In this document: piece by piece, positions 10,374-20,606 of the stretch
How the letters are laid out: each line of letters starts with the position of its first letter
Numbering within the stretch: position 1 is the stretch's first letter
DNA from: Microcoleus sp.
GTDB lineage: Bacteria > Cyanobacteriota > Cyanobacteriia > Cyanobacteriales > Microcoleaceae
Assembly: GCA_042408215.1 (NCBI GenBank)
Contig: JAYFMW010000019.1
Coordinates: 60,313 to 124,312, forward strand
Length of the DNA: 64,000 nt
Direction of reading: 5' to 3'
Program-made: the position numbers and the translations under genes
Notes under the pieces: generated by a model
The model's database searches: none
Seen by the model: only the letters and a program-made list of their open reading frames with translations
Told to the model about the DNA's origin: nothing

Positions 10374-10442
10374 CGATCGCTCTACCACTTGAGCTACATC
10401 CCCTTAAACGGGACTGGCAGGATTTGAACCTGCAACCAATCG
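10374..10442 (-). ncRNA. Circularly permuted tRNA-mimic (YrlA/Y RNA-like) core
   Basis: Minus strand reads cgat-tggtt-GCAGG TTCAAAT CCTGC (T arm)-CAGTCCC gtttaa GGGGATG (acceptor stem closed by a loop)-TA-GCTC AAGTGGTA GAGC (D arm)-g-atcg. True RNA ends unknown. Confidence 0.7.
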
Positions 10443-10664
10443 GTTGAAATTGTGTGTGCTTCATTTGTTGGGCGCGGAACAGAATTTTTACTAGCGGAGT
10501 TAATGTTTTTCAAATCTCAAAAATTTAGGTATAAGAGGTAGCGCAAAAGTCAGAGAAGCTTGGTTTTTTTGAGCCGATCGGCAATTCGATTATAGTCAAA
10601 TTTTTCTAGTTTGTAAGCTTCTTTTGTTAGGATGCACCGCCTCATACCTGCTTTCAGTTAATTT

Positions 10665-10822
10665 CTAGCCGTAAACGGCTTCTGGACAATTAAGCGATCG
10701 CCCTTAACATCAAAATCCTTGGCCAGATGTTCCTTAATGACTTTTTCGCTCATTCCTGCTGCGATACCCAGTTGGTTTTCTACCACATCCTAGGAACGTC
10801 CTTCAAAACGAATGTGAACCAT
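10665..10822 (-). pseudogene. Small Gly-terminated (possibly ubiquitin-like) protein pseudogene
   Basis: [43 protein letters not shown] then a frame-breaking deletion before PEAVYG-stop. The Ubl call is inference. Confidence 0.55.
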
Positions 10823-11262
10823 TACTGATACCAGAGCGATTTGGGATTTGGGATTGGTAGCTTATCTGCTGTTTAGCCTTGCGTTTATGGTATAAAGATT
10901 GCCAAAAATTTTCGCAAATACGGCTGTCTTTTACATAAATAAACGCCGTTATAAGTAATAAGCTTGTTTGACATTGCGGATTGACTCAGCCATTTTTTTG
11001 GCTGCGAATTTGGCATAACTTTCCTGTTCTGAATCCGCAACAGATTCGTTTAAATTAGACTGATTCGGTGCAATCTCTGGCTCAGAGGGAGTCGGTTTGT
11101 AATCGAACAGTCTTGTGTAAAGTAACAACCTGACTATCCAGTCTCTATTACAAGACTTTCAAATTGATGTTCCTGGAAATTTCTATCTTTTTTTCAGTTT
11201 TCCAGGTTGAGAATTGTACGGAAAATACAGATTTTTGCTTGTCCTGCGCTTTCCCTATTTAC

Positions 11263-11291
11263 ATACTAAAAATGTAGCACAAAAGTGTCAA
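11263..11291 (-). promoter_or_regulatory. Sigma70-type promoter
   Basis: TTGACA-17 nt-TAGTAT on the minus strand, pointing into the pseudogene/YrlA-like region. Confidence 0.6.
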
Positions 11292-11414
11292 GGGGTTGGG
11301 AAAAGTTTTTTAGTTTTTACCTCAAACCCTCTCGATCCCCCCGCATTCTTCCCCCCCCTACTCACCCCCTACTCACACCCTACTCCCTGAATAAGGGGGG
11401 ACAAGAGCGTTCTT

Positions 11415-12374
11415 TTAAAGCTCTTTGACATAAGCAATGCTATCGCGAATCTTGTGGAAGCCAGCGGACTCGTAAAGCCGCAATGCACCGGAGGAATTTT
11501 CAGCATCGACGCCGATAATCGCAGTAGCGACACCGGCTGCTTTGAGTCGATGCAAACCAGCGAGCAACATTGCTCGTCCTAATCCGATTTTGCGGAAGCC
11601 GCGCCGCGTACCGAGAGACATAATCCAGCCTTCATTGCGCCCGGTACGATCGCACTCTTCGACGCTAATTTCGCAGTGACAAAATGCTGCAAATCTGCCG
11701 TCAACCGCAACCGCAATTAAGTCTAAATCCTTTCTGTAATCGGGTTTGGCTAAATCGTACTTGAATTTCTCTACTGTTAAATCGTGATGATTCCAGTGAT
11801 CGATAAATGACTGGTTGAACATTTCTACCCAAGCTACCGCATCCTGTTCGCCGGGGAACTGACTGAGGGCGAAACCTTTTGGGAATTGCGGTTCTGGGAT
11901 TGGTTGAGAGATCGATCGCGCCATTCGGAAAAAATAGCGATCGACCTTGAAACCGCAATTTGCTAGCACAGAAATGCGATCGCCATTCTCCGCGCGCACC
12001 CACGATCGCAGTTTCACCCGCGCACCTCGCTCTTTTTCCACGAACCGCATCCGCTTTTCACCCCAAGCCACTGCTAGCGTTTCTAGATCGCCCGATCGCG
12101 CGATCGGGTGAACGCAAAACCACAGCCAACCGTCAATCATCTCCCCAGATGCAGAAATCGACAACTGAGCAAAGCCGATTAATTTGCCGTTCGCATCTTC
12201 CCAAAGGCAGATATCGCGGCTTTTGTCTAGGGATGGTTCGTTAAATTTTTGTTGCAATTCTGAGATGGAAGTGCCTTCTTCGAGGCGATCGACTTTTTCG
12301 CAAGTATCGATCAAATGGGCGATCGCTTCCAGGTCACTTTCATCCGCGTAGGGTCTGCTCGACACAATCAACAT
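11415..12374 (-). CDS. Tandem-GNAT N-acetyltransferase (MshD-like architecture)
   Basis: Two GNAT halves; LGTRRGFRKIGLGRAML, IGVDAENSSGALRLYESAGF. Probable start ATG 12374. Confidence 0.9.
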   Translation of the reverse strand: MLIVSSRPYADESDLEAIAHLIDTCEKVDRLEEGTSISELQQKFNEPSLDKSRDICLWEDANGKLIGFAQLSISASGEMIDGWLWFCVHPIARSGDLETLAVAWGEKRMRFVEKERGARVKLRSWVRAENGDRISVLANCGFKVDRYFFRMARSISQPIPEPQFPKGFALSQFPGEQDAVAWVEMFNQSFIDHWNHHDLTVEKFKYDLAKPDYRKDLDLIAVAVDGRFAAFCHCEISVEECDRTGRNEGWIMSLGTRRGFRKIGLGRAMLLAGLHRLKAAGVATAIIGVDAENSSGALRLYESAGFHKIRDSIAYVKEL

Positions 12375-12581
12375 ATAGAACCCAAAAGATTTAGGATTTA
12401 TTTTCCTAGCCATTTTGTTTCAGTCAAATCCTATGCATAGTTTGATTGTAGCTAAAAAGTCAGCGCTCTGTAGTAATCGACACAAGCGCCGCTTGTGTAA
12501 AGCCGACTAAAATTACGGCTATCACAGAGGATTAAAAAATCAAGGTGATAATTTATACTTTTATGTGTCACTGACATCGCA

Positions 12582-12600
12582 GGGGTGACCGGACTCGAAC
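12582..12600 (-). other. Isolated tRNA 3'-end fragment
   Basis: Minus strand GTTCGAGTCCGGTCACCCC gives T loop, 3' T stem and acceptor strand; no 5' half nearby. Confidence 0.5.
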
Positions 12601-12817
12601 ATTGACGGATTTTTACTTCCACCAAGTCGAAAATCGGGATGGTAGGTATCAGGATGGGAATATTTTCTAGTTATATAATTTAAAAATATCAATAGAGGTA
12701 GGTAGATAAATAGGTGCTAAGCTCAGAAAACCGATACAAAGCCGATAGAGCACTTCCTTCACGCGGAATTCTTCAGGGATAGCAAGGCTGAAACTCTTGA
12801 TGTGTAAACGACTAACT

Positions 12818-12837
12818 TTGATGGGAGTAGAAGGACT
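12818..12837. repeat. 20-bp direct repeat of the tRNA-Lys 3' end (att-like)
   Basis: TTGATGGGAGTAGAAGGACT identical at 12818-12837 and 12914-12933. Confidence 0.85.
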
Positions 12838-12917
12838 GAGCGAAAGATGAGCGGAAAACAGAACTCTTGGTGAGTCAATGAATCTGAAACTATTGACTCA
12901 CAAAGGATGGAAGTTGA

Positions 12918-12991
<74 letters not shown>

Positions 12992-13002
12992 GCATCTAGG
13001 CT

Positions 13003-13031
13003 ACTATAACATAGCTGATTGATTTTGTCAA
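13003..13031 (-). promoter_or_regulatory. Sigma70 promoter of tRNA-Lys
   Basis: TTGACA-17 nt-TATAGT, 11 nt upstream of the tRNA. Confidence 0.8.
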
Positions 13032-13063
13032 TACTTTTTCAAATTTAGTGCGATCGCCCTGAC

Positions 13064-13606
13064 TCACCCCAAAAGTCTCTCAACGGAAACGCGAATGTCG
13101 GGAAATGCCAGCGGTATCACCCTTCCGGCGTCGATCGTGATCTCCTCTGTGTACTCGCCATTCTGAGGAGATCGAAACACGATCATTTACTTAGCAGATC
13201 AATTTAAAACCCAATATTCTTGAATTGCTGCCGATGCATAAATGGCTGCTTTCAACTCTAAATCCTTCTTCCACCTAGTTTGAGAAACCTCTACAACCCA
13301 AAAGAGATCTTGAGGTTCGGGATGGCGATCGTTGTAAGCAGACTCCGGTCATCGCACGATCGCAATATCTGGTTCAGGTTCAGAGTCTGAGCGGGTAATT
13401 TCCCCGTTGAAGCGGACATCAGCTTTACTTGCGAGTAGTTCCTCGAGGTATTTAGTACCTCGTTTGGTTGTGTTGTAATGAATTGGGGTTTCTGGACTCA
13501 TCTGGGAGACTTCACCGGCTAGCAACTCCACAGGGCGATCGCCCAGAATGCCTGCTTCTATCATAGGATGATAGTCACCCACAGACCATTTAGCTAGGGT
13601 TTTCAT
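13064..13606 (-). pseudogene. Uma2 family pseudogene
   Basis: WSVGDYHPMIEAGIL...SEPEPDIAIVR* then in frame PESAYNDRHPEPQDLFWVVEVS...KAAIYASAAIQEYWVLN*; three internal stops. Confidence 0.9.
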
Positions 13607-14069
13607 TGCTAAATCGACGCATTTTGTGAAGATAACTAACTCTATTTTACACGAGAATTGTACAACTTTTGATAGTAAGTTACCACAGACTAGACTTACA
13701 GCGGAAACCGCTGTATTAATTCAAAACTCAATACAGACGCTGAATAGTATTGTGGCATTGAGCAAAACCAGGCCACATAAGGGTTCCCATAACTTGCAGT
13801 CATGTAAAATATTTTTTCTCTCCTTGACATCACTTTTAAAAGATACCAAAAAGAGGCAATAAGTAATGAGAATTAACTCGTTTTTGGGCATTTTTCCAGT
13901 TAATTAGTGGACTTTTGATCGATTGTGTTAATTTTTGTTACGCAAATGTTGATTTTTTTTTCAACACGTTAATATGCAGAGATTAAATAAATGAAGCCCC
14001 TTCCTAATCATCTGCGTTTAGGGAGTTAGCTTGCCTTGATCAGTCCAACATCCCAAATCTGAAATCGGT

Positions 14070-15218
14070 ATGAGTGGTACAAAGGTTATTGCAATTTCAG
14101 GGATTGCACAAGCGTCTGCGGGTGCAGCAACCGCATCTGGTATATCTGGGGTCGCGATCGCGTCGGGAGCCGCGACTATTCTCGGATTAACAGCCCTTGT
14201 GGCTGCTGCCGGAGCGGTTGTAGCATTGACAGGAAAAGCGATTGACGCTTACCAAGAGCGGGTGCGTCAACAACGGGAAGCCGCTGAAAAACGCGAACGA
14301 GAAATCCAGCAACGCATTGCCGATATTCGCGCCCAAATTCGGAGTCGTGGCAGTCAAGCGAAAGTAACGGTTAAATTACCTCCAGAAACTCGGTTTCAGG
14401 GGACTGTTTCTCGTGAATCGGCTAAAACCCCAGATGAGAGGGACCAACAACGAAAAATTAACGAGTTGAACTCGCGAGTGCCCAATATCCGCACTGAGTA
14501 TCAAGCCTTGATTGATCAACAACTGCTAGATAGTTCAACGGTGCATCAGGCTCTTGAGAAAACGCAGCAAGCCTTGAATAGTAATAATCTCGCTCAAGCC
14601 CAAGGCTATTTACAAGCTTTGGATGATGCGCGAATACAAGTGATGAAAGGGCTACAGGAGCAATGGCTTCCTCAAATTGAATATATAGAACAAAGATTGG
14701 CTGGGTTGCGTTCCCGAATTCCCCAAGCCCTAATTCAAGAACTCCAGACGAATATTGACGGGGCAAAAAATAACTGGCAGCAATTGACGCAAGCTGATCT
14801 CGACGCTTTACACCAACGGATTAGTACCTTTGAAAGTCAAGCCGATAGCATTCAACAGGCGGCTGAAAAACTGGCGGAGTCTTACCGTCAGGTGGGATAT
14901 GCAGCTTATTTAGGGGGAATTGACAATGGTGATGCAGTTGTGCAGGTAGAAACCCATGAAGGGGTTAATACCCAGATCCGACTTGATTTTTATGGCGATC
15001 GCATGAATTTGGAAGGCCCTCCAGAAGAGTCAAACTCTTGTGCCGCGAGGACTGTGGAGGCGTTGAGGCGCTTTCGAGAACAGGGTTATCAGTTGGAGTG
15101 GACTGAATGGGATGGTGAACCTGTCGCGGAGGATTTACGACATTTATATTCTGTAAATCCAGGGGAAATAGAGGCTGATCCGCGATCGCGCCTTCGTCGG
15201 GAAAGTCAGGGGTATTAA
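14070..15218 (+). CDS. Operon gene 1: Gly/Ala-rich hydrophobic N-terminus, long coiled coil, small C-terminal alpha/beta domain
   Basis: 382 aa; residues about 5-55 hydrophobic, then Q/E/R-rich helices. Confidence 0.85.
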   Translation: MSGTKVIAISGIAQASAGAATASGISGVAIASGAATILGLTALVAAAGAVVALTGKAIDAYQERVRQQREAAEKREREIQQRIADIRAQIRSRGSQAKVTVKLPPETRFQGTVSRESAKTPDERDQQRKINELNSRVPNIRTEYQALIDQQLLDSSTVHQALEKTQQALNSNNLAQAQGYLQALDDARIQVMKGLQEQWLPQIEYIEQRLAGLRSRIPQALIQELQTNIDGAKNNWQQLTQADLDALHQRISTFESQADSIQQAAEKLAESYRQVGYAAYLGGIDNGDAVVQVETHEGVNTQIRLDFYGDRMNLEGPPEESNSCAARTVEALRRFREQGYQLEWTEWDGEPVAEDLRHLYSVNPGEIEADPRSRLRRESQGY

Positions 15219-15220
15219 AG

Positions 15221-15778
15221 ATGGGTAATCCCAGATTGTTAAATCTAGCATCATGGCTGCCGCGATCGTGTGCCAACGGGCCAGGGACGCGGATGGTGCT
15301 ATGGGCACAGGGTTGTCCGTTTCGTTGTCCAAATTGCCAAAACTCTGATTATTTGGAGTTTAAATTTAATCAAGTTGTGACAGTCGATCGCGTGTGGGAG
15401 GTGTTTCAACAGCAACCCGGATTAGCAGGGATATCGTTTTCCGGTGGGGAACCTTTTGCCCAAGCTGTGGCATTTGCGGAGTTAGCGGCGCGAGTGCAAA
15501 GTGTGGGGAAAACGGTGGTTTGTTGGAGTGGATATCGTTTGGAAGAGTTAGAAAGGAGTGAGATTCCGGGGGCGGGGGAATTATTGCAACATATTGATTT
15601 ATTGATTGATGGTTTATTTGTGGAAAGTTTAGCAGGAAATGAAGTTTTAAGGGGGTCAAAAAATCAGAGGTTACATTTTTTATCGGGGAGAATTATAGAG
15701 GCGGATTTGGTCGATATTCCGCGTCAGGAGTGGGTGATCAATTCCGAGACGATGACTTATACAGGGTTTCCAGTTTAG
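15221..15778 (+). CDS. Operon gene 2: NrdG-like small radical SAM (4Fe-4S) protein
   Basis: NGPGTR, QGCPFRCPNC (CxxxCxxC), SGGEPF, DLLIDG, LRGSKNQR. Confidence 0.92.
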   Translation: MGNPRLLNLASWLPRSCANGPGTRMVLWAQGCPFRCPNCQNSDYLEFKFNQVVTVDRVWEVFQQQPGLAGISFSGGEPFAQAVAFAELAARVQSVGKTVVCWSGYRLEELERSEIPGAGELLQHIDLLIDGLFVESLAGNEVLRGSKNQRLHFLSGRIIEADLVDIPRQEWVINSETMTYTGFPV

Positions 15779-15784
15779 GAGGTT

Positions 15785-16513
15785 GTGATGACTAAAGTAG
15801 TATTGATAGGCGATCGCGCCGTTGGTAAAACAAGCATGGTTCATGCTTTGTGTACACCACCCCATGAAAAAGTTGAACCCAAGGAAGGTCCATCTGGGGA
15901 TGTAGCTCCAACCGAAGGCATAGAAATTAAAAATTTGACAATAGTTGTGGAACTTCCTGCTGGAAACATTGAGCTTTCATTAGTGTGGATCGATACTCCT
16001 GGAGAGTTACAAACTAATCGAAAAAAACAAGAGGATAGTCCAGAAACTTGGGGGAAATTTTGCCAGGAAGTCAAAGACAGTGACTATGTGATGTTGCTGT
16101 TGCCACCACATCAAAGCTTACTCAATAACAAAAATATTCCAGATATCGATGATTTTCCTACTTCTGGGCAGTCTCAAAATAGGTTCAAGCAATGGTGGGT
16201 TTCGTTTTTACGTCAAAACCCTCAAAAAGCCAAAAATATTTTAATTTGCCGTCACAAAGCAGACCTGTTTATTGCGGATATTCAAACAGAAGGAGATCAA
16301 TATAGATATGGCAATGAAGGATTTTCGTGGAAAAATTATTTTGATTTTAGCAGCCGCTATTTTAGGGAGGTAGATTCTGAAATTAGCGATTACAGAAAAA
16401 ATAATACCCGTCAAGAAGTTCGTCTTTTTGTGACAACTATTCACAATCGCTCTTTATTAGAATTGCCTTGGATTTATATTGCTACTCGTGAATCTATTAG
16501 GCCAAAATACTAA
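15785..16513 (+). CDS. Operon gene 3: P-loop GTPase-like protein
   Basis: G1 GDRAVGKT, G2 PT, G3 DTPG, G4 HKAD; RBS AGGAGG overlaps the upstream stop. Confidence 0.88.
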   Translation: MMTKVVLIGDRAVGKTSMVHALCTPPHEKVEPKEGPSGDVAPTEGIEIKNLTIVVELPAGNIELSLVWIDTPGELQTNRKKQEDSPETWGKFCQEVKDSDYVMLLLPPHQSLLNNKNIPDIDDFPTSGQSQNRFKQWWVSFLRQNPQKAKNILICRHKADLFIADIQTEGDQYRYGNEGFSWKNYFDFSSRYFREVDSEISDYRKNNTRQEVRLFVTTIHNRSLLELPWIYIATRESIRPKY

Positions 16514-16541
16514 ATTATTTACTTTTATTAGGAGTAAGTCT

Positions 16542-17363
16542 ATGACAGATATTGCCATTATTGGACCACGATCATCTGGAAAAAGCACCTACTTAGATGC
16601 TTTAGCACGGGTTGCCAGAGAAAATACTTTTCCGAGTTTAAGTATTAGTCTTTATCAGGATGAGAATGGTCAAATTCTGGATAATAGGTCTCAGAATGTA
16701 TTTGAAAAAGGAGATGTATTAGGACAAACTGAGGTTGCTGAAGCTGGAAAAGAGCCTACCTTTGCCTTTACTATTAAGCTGCCTGCTGGAAACTATAGAG
16801 TTAGACAAGCACAAGAAATTAAATTATCCTTTGTTGATTATGCTGGAGAAATTTTTAATAAAATCGCCCGCAAACCAGATGAAGTTCAGTCATACATTAA
16901 CCAACTGATGAAAGTAGAAGCTTGGATGGTGATGCTCACGGATTTTCAACCTGGGAAAGCTGACGGTGAATATCAGATGATATTGGAAGCACTTTGGCAG
17001 AAAATTCAAAGTAAAGAAATTCCGATGGCGGTAGTAATGAGTAAATGTGAACGTGGGGAAATTTGGCCAGGAAGACTTGACCCCGATGAGGATTTATTCA
17101 AAGTTCGCTTGCCAAAGACTTACAATTATTTGACAAATCCTGAAAACAAGATATCTAGTGAAAGGCTGAAGTTTTTTGCTTGTTCTTCCTTTGGCGTAAG
17201 AGCTTTTCAAGACCCTCGCCCTAACCGCCGGAATTTTGACAAACATCTTTCCTCTGAACTTAGCGCAGTTCTTAGAGACGATTGTTCGTGGAAACCTTAT
17301 GGTTTGATTGCACCACTTTATTGGTTAAGTACGGGAAAGGTTTTATCGGAACCAAGCATTTAG
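16542..17363 (+). CDS. Operon gene 4: P-loop GTPase-like protein
   Basis: G1 GPRSSGKS, G3 DYAG, G4 SKCE, FFACSSFG, C-terminal WKPYGLIAPLYWL; RBS AGGAG before ATG 16542. Confidence 0.88.
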   Translation: MTDIAIIGPRSSGKSTYLDALARVARENTFPSLSISLYQDENGQILDNRSQNVFEKGDVLGQTEVAEAGKEPTFAFTIKLPAGNYRVRQAQEIKLSFVDYAGEIFNKIARKPDEVQSYINQLMKVEAWMVMLTDFQPGKADGEYQMILEALWQKIQSKEIPMAVVMSKCERGEIWPGRLDPDEDLFKVRLPKTYNYLTNPENKISSERLKFFACSSFGVRAFQDPRPNRRNFDKHLSSELSAVLRDDCSWKPYGLIAPLYWLSTGKVLSEPSI

Positions 17364-17408
17364 TTACTTAATCACCACACCCTAAAATATAAACAGGAGA
17401 CATAAACA

Positions 17409-18311
17409 ATGATTCAAAGAATATTTACCATGATTCAAAGAATATTTAATTTAGGTCAGAATAATCAACAGGGAACAGTTGAATTTCGCATAGTAGGCGA
17501 TCGCGCCTCTGGAAAAACTACTTATTTAGCCGCCTTAGCTTACTGGCCAATTTCTCTAGTGGGTACAGATTCCCCTATTCATAGCGTAGAACCCTATGAT
17601 CCCAAATCACAAGTATTATATGACATGGCAGAAAATATCTTACTACAGGGGGATGATTTACCTTCGAATGAAGAACCTATTCTTTACAGTTTAACTGTTA
17701 AATTAAAACAAAAATTTGTAGAAAAATTAACAGGCAAACCACCCAGTATTAGAATATCCTGTGTAGATTATCCAGGAGAATTTTTTGAGAATCTTAGGAA
17801 GAATGCTTCTATAGTGGATAGTTATTTAAACGATCTCCAAGCAGCCGCAGGCTTACTCTTATTAATTGATGGAACTAAGCAAACTAATCAAGACGATCAA
17901 AATAATGCTAAAGCTATCCAAATATTAGAAAAAAGGCTAAACCCAAGACTGGCTAATACTCCCCGGCTCAGGAACTATCGGATAGCTGTTGTTATTTCCA
18001 AAGCTGAAGACGCAAGAATTTGGGCTAGTTTGGATAACGTACCAAATTTTATGCAGCGTAAATTTCCCCAGACTCAATCGGCTTTAAATCAATGGAAAAC
18101 TGAGTGGAACTGTAACGTTGAATACTTTTCTTGTTCTGCTTTTGGTTGGAAGGGAACGAGAAGAGCACCCAATACAAAAGTAATTCAGAGAGACCCCCCA
18201 AAAGCAATTCTTCTCGATGGTCAGTCGTGGAAACCCGAAGGTCTAGTACAGCCGATTTTTTGGTTGCAAACAGGATATCGTCATTCAGAAATTACAAAAA
18301 ACAATCTTTAA
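17409..18311 (+). CDS. Operon gene 5: P-loop GTPase-like protein, paralogue of gene 4
   Basis: G1 GDRASGKT, G3 DYPG, G4 SKAE, YFSCSAFG, WKPEGLVQPIFWL. Confidence 0.88.
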   Translation: MIQRIFTMIQRIFNLGQNNQQGTVEFRIVGDRASGKTTYLAALAYWPISLVGTDSPIHSVEPYDPKSQVLYDMAENILLQGDDLPSNEEPILYSLTVKLKQKFVEKLTGKPPSIRISCVDYPGEFFENLRKNASIVDSYLNDLQAAAGLLLLIDGTKQTNQDDQNNAKAIQILEKRLNPRLANTPRLRNYRIAVVISKAEDARIWASLDNVPNFMQRKFPQTQSALNQWKTEWNCNVEYFSCSAFGWKGTRRAPNTKVIQRDPPKAILLDGQSWKPEGLVQPIFWLQTGYRHSEITKNNL

Positions 18312-18328
18312 ATAAGGAGGAAAGGACA

Positions 18329-20606
18329 ATGCCCTCACCTACATCGCAATTTTGTATTTATGAGTTCTCGAAAAAATTTGACAGTATTCAGCCCAAAAAT
18401 GGAATCTGGGTATCTGGTGGCTTTGAGATTGATAAAACCAAGGCTTTTTTTCGCTCAAATTACCAGTCTGGGGATATCTCTGCAATTCCTGCTCAAATTC
18501 GGCAAGCTGTTATTGACGGGTTATTTGAGATTCCTAATGCCCTATCCACCCAACCCGCTTAGTAACGAGGAATTTTATCAAAAAGTCGCAAATAGACAGC
18601 TAGATATCGCTCATCCTCAGCCTGAAGATATAGCTTTAATTGCTAGAGAGTTAGATGATTACAGTGTCTTAGCCGTAGCCACCCGCCAAATGGACGATAG
18701 GGGGTTTCGGGCTAAACTGGTTGGTTATCGATATTTCTGGCTGAAAACTTCTGATTTGAATCCTCAGCGTCCTGATTTAGTGGATGGAATTGCTACTTTA
18801 CTTTCCTGGTGGACTGAGAACGGAAACCTATGCTTTGACATGAATCCTAGCTCCTATGAACATAGCCCTAACAAAAATCAGCCCTACTTGGGTGAACGAG
18901 TTATATATAAACAGCTCATTAGAAAAAAATATCAACCAGTTTCCAAAATTTATAAATCCGTTCTTCCTTGTCTTTTTGAACCTACTACAGATCGACAATT
19001 CGATGTTTGGAATCTGCACGCTCAGGCTTTGCACTTATGCAACATAATGCAAAAACCTGCTTGGGCTTGGAATGTGCGTAAACTCACGAAGCCTGAAACA
19101 TTTACGGTGGTTTATTGTGCCGATCGCGCATCCTACGATCAATTTTTCAGTCCAGTTTTAAAATCTATTGAACCAGCAAAACCAGACAAGTCAAGAATCG
19201 AGATTTCTGGTGCTCAGATTAGTTTGTCAAATTCTGCTCAGTCTGACATTCTAAGTGTCGATCATTCGCCAAGTTCTTCCGATCCGCCAATTTCTCCAAA
19301 CCAAGATGCTTCTAATCTAAAAAAGTATCTTGAACATGTTGGAACGAATAGTAAATCAACAGACCTGCGATTGCTGATTGACCTTTATAAAAAAAACCCG
19401 CCTAGTAAGCATAGAGATTTGTGGTTCAACTATGTTAATCAAGAGCTTTTATTAATAAATAATGCCAAAAGATGTAATTTTCATGTTCGCAACTTGACTC
19501 TGGTGAGTGTGTTTATCGGGGATATTAAGAGCAAAGGTCAGTCAAGTCCACAAAGTACAGACAATGTTAATTTTACTGAGGAAGAGAAAGAATTGGCTAT
19601 AGGTTATCTGAATGAGCTTTCAATCGATATCAGCATTTACGAAAGTCTAGATGCCTACAATCAAACTGTTCGTAAGCTAAAACAAAATATTGCTAATTTG
19701 CGTAAAAGCCTGTCAGGTGAAGACGAGTCCCCAGGAGGAGATGGTAAGGGGTCAAGTGATTTTCCTCACTCTATCATCAAGCTGTTCATAGATATTGCCA
19801 ACCGACATTATAAATTGCTAATTATCTCAATAATTCCGGTTTTTTTTCTGTCTTTCGTTCTTCTTAAAATCAACCCCCTAACACTGATGATTAATAAAAT
19901 TTCTGGTGTAGCGCCGTCCCCCCAAGAACCAAGATCGAGTAATGATGCAAATCAAAAATACACAGTTCAACAGCTACAAGCTGCCAGAACATTTATTGAG
20001 GAAAAGTCGGTGACAAAGGAATGTAGGGCGAGTAGTTCATCAGCCCAAACTCAAGAGTGCAAAATCTATACGCAAACTAAAAACAAACTACCTAATTGGC
20101 CTGTTCTTCCTAACCCACCCGCAAATGCAGTTATTCCACAAGGACAAACTTCAGCTCCCAAAATGTTAGCAAAAAGCAGAGGGCCGCAAAACAATCCTCC
20201 TGAACTGGTGAGTTTTTTACAGCAAAGTTTGAAAGTTGCAGGAGCAGAAAAAGTGGGTGATTTAGGCGTATTTGATGAGACTCTTGAAAATGCGGTTAAA
20301 GAGTTTCAGGAAAATAGAAAAGAATGCGAATTATACCGAAAAGACGATAATGGTAAGCAGTTAACAGACAATAAAGGTAATCCAATATTTGTATTTGACG
20401 GTCAGGCTGGGGAAAAAACCTGGCAATGCCTATCCGATTATGTTCAAAAAAAACAGGTTATTGCTGTTTTAGATTATGAGATACAAAGTATGAGTCAGCG
20501 TAAATCTGAATCTGAAATACAGCAACATATCACACAGTGCAAATCCCAAAAAGCTAAACCTAAAGATTTTCTTGAATGCGTCACAGGCAAGGAGCTACCA
20601 AAATGA
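18329..20606 (+). CDS. Operon gene 6: large single-pass membrane protein with a C-terminal peptidoglycan-binding-like domain (apparent +1 frameshift near 18541)
   Basis: RBS AAGGAGG and ATG 18329 (MPSPTSQFCIYEFS); removing one C from GCCCTAT joins it to the 18360..20606 frame. TM LLIISIIPVFFLSFVLL; VSFLQQSL...GVFDETLENAVKEFQ...DGQAGEKTW. Confidence 0.75.

Noticed and set aside
10374..10442. Functional tRNA gene
   Set aside because: The halves are in reversed order and there is no anticodon loop; treated as a tRNA mimic. The overlapping 60-aa ORF 10282..10464 is also considered spurious.
13626..13862. 78-aa ORF upstream of the operon
   Set aside because: GTG start, no RBS or motif, and it overlaps a repeat hairpin; probably non-coding.
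15221..15778. Calling this gene nrdG
   Set aside because: No nrdD is adjacent and the operon context is unrelated to ribonucleotide reduction.
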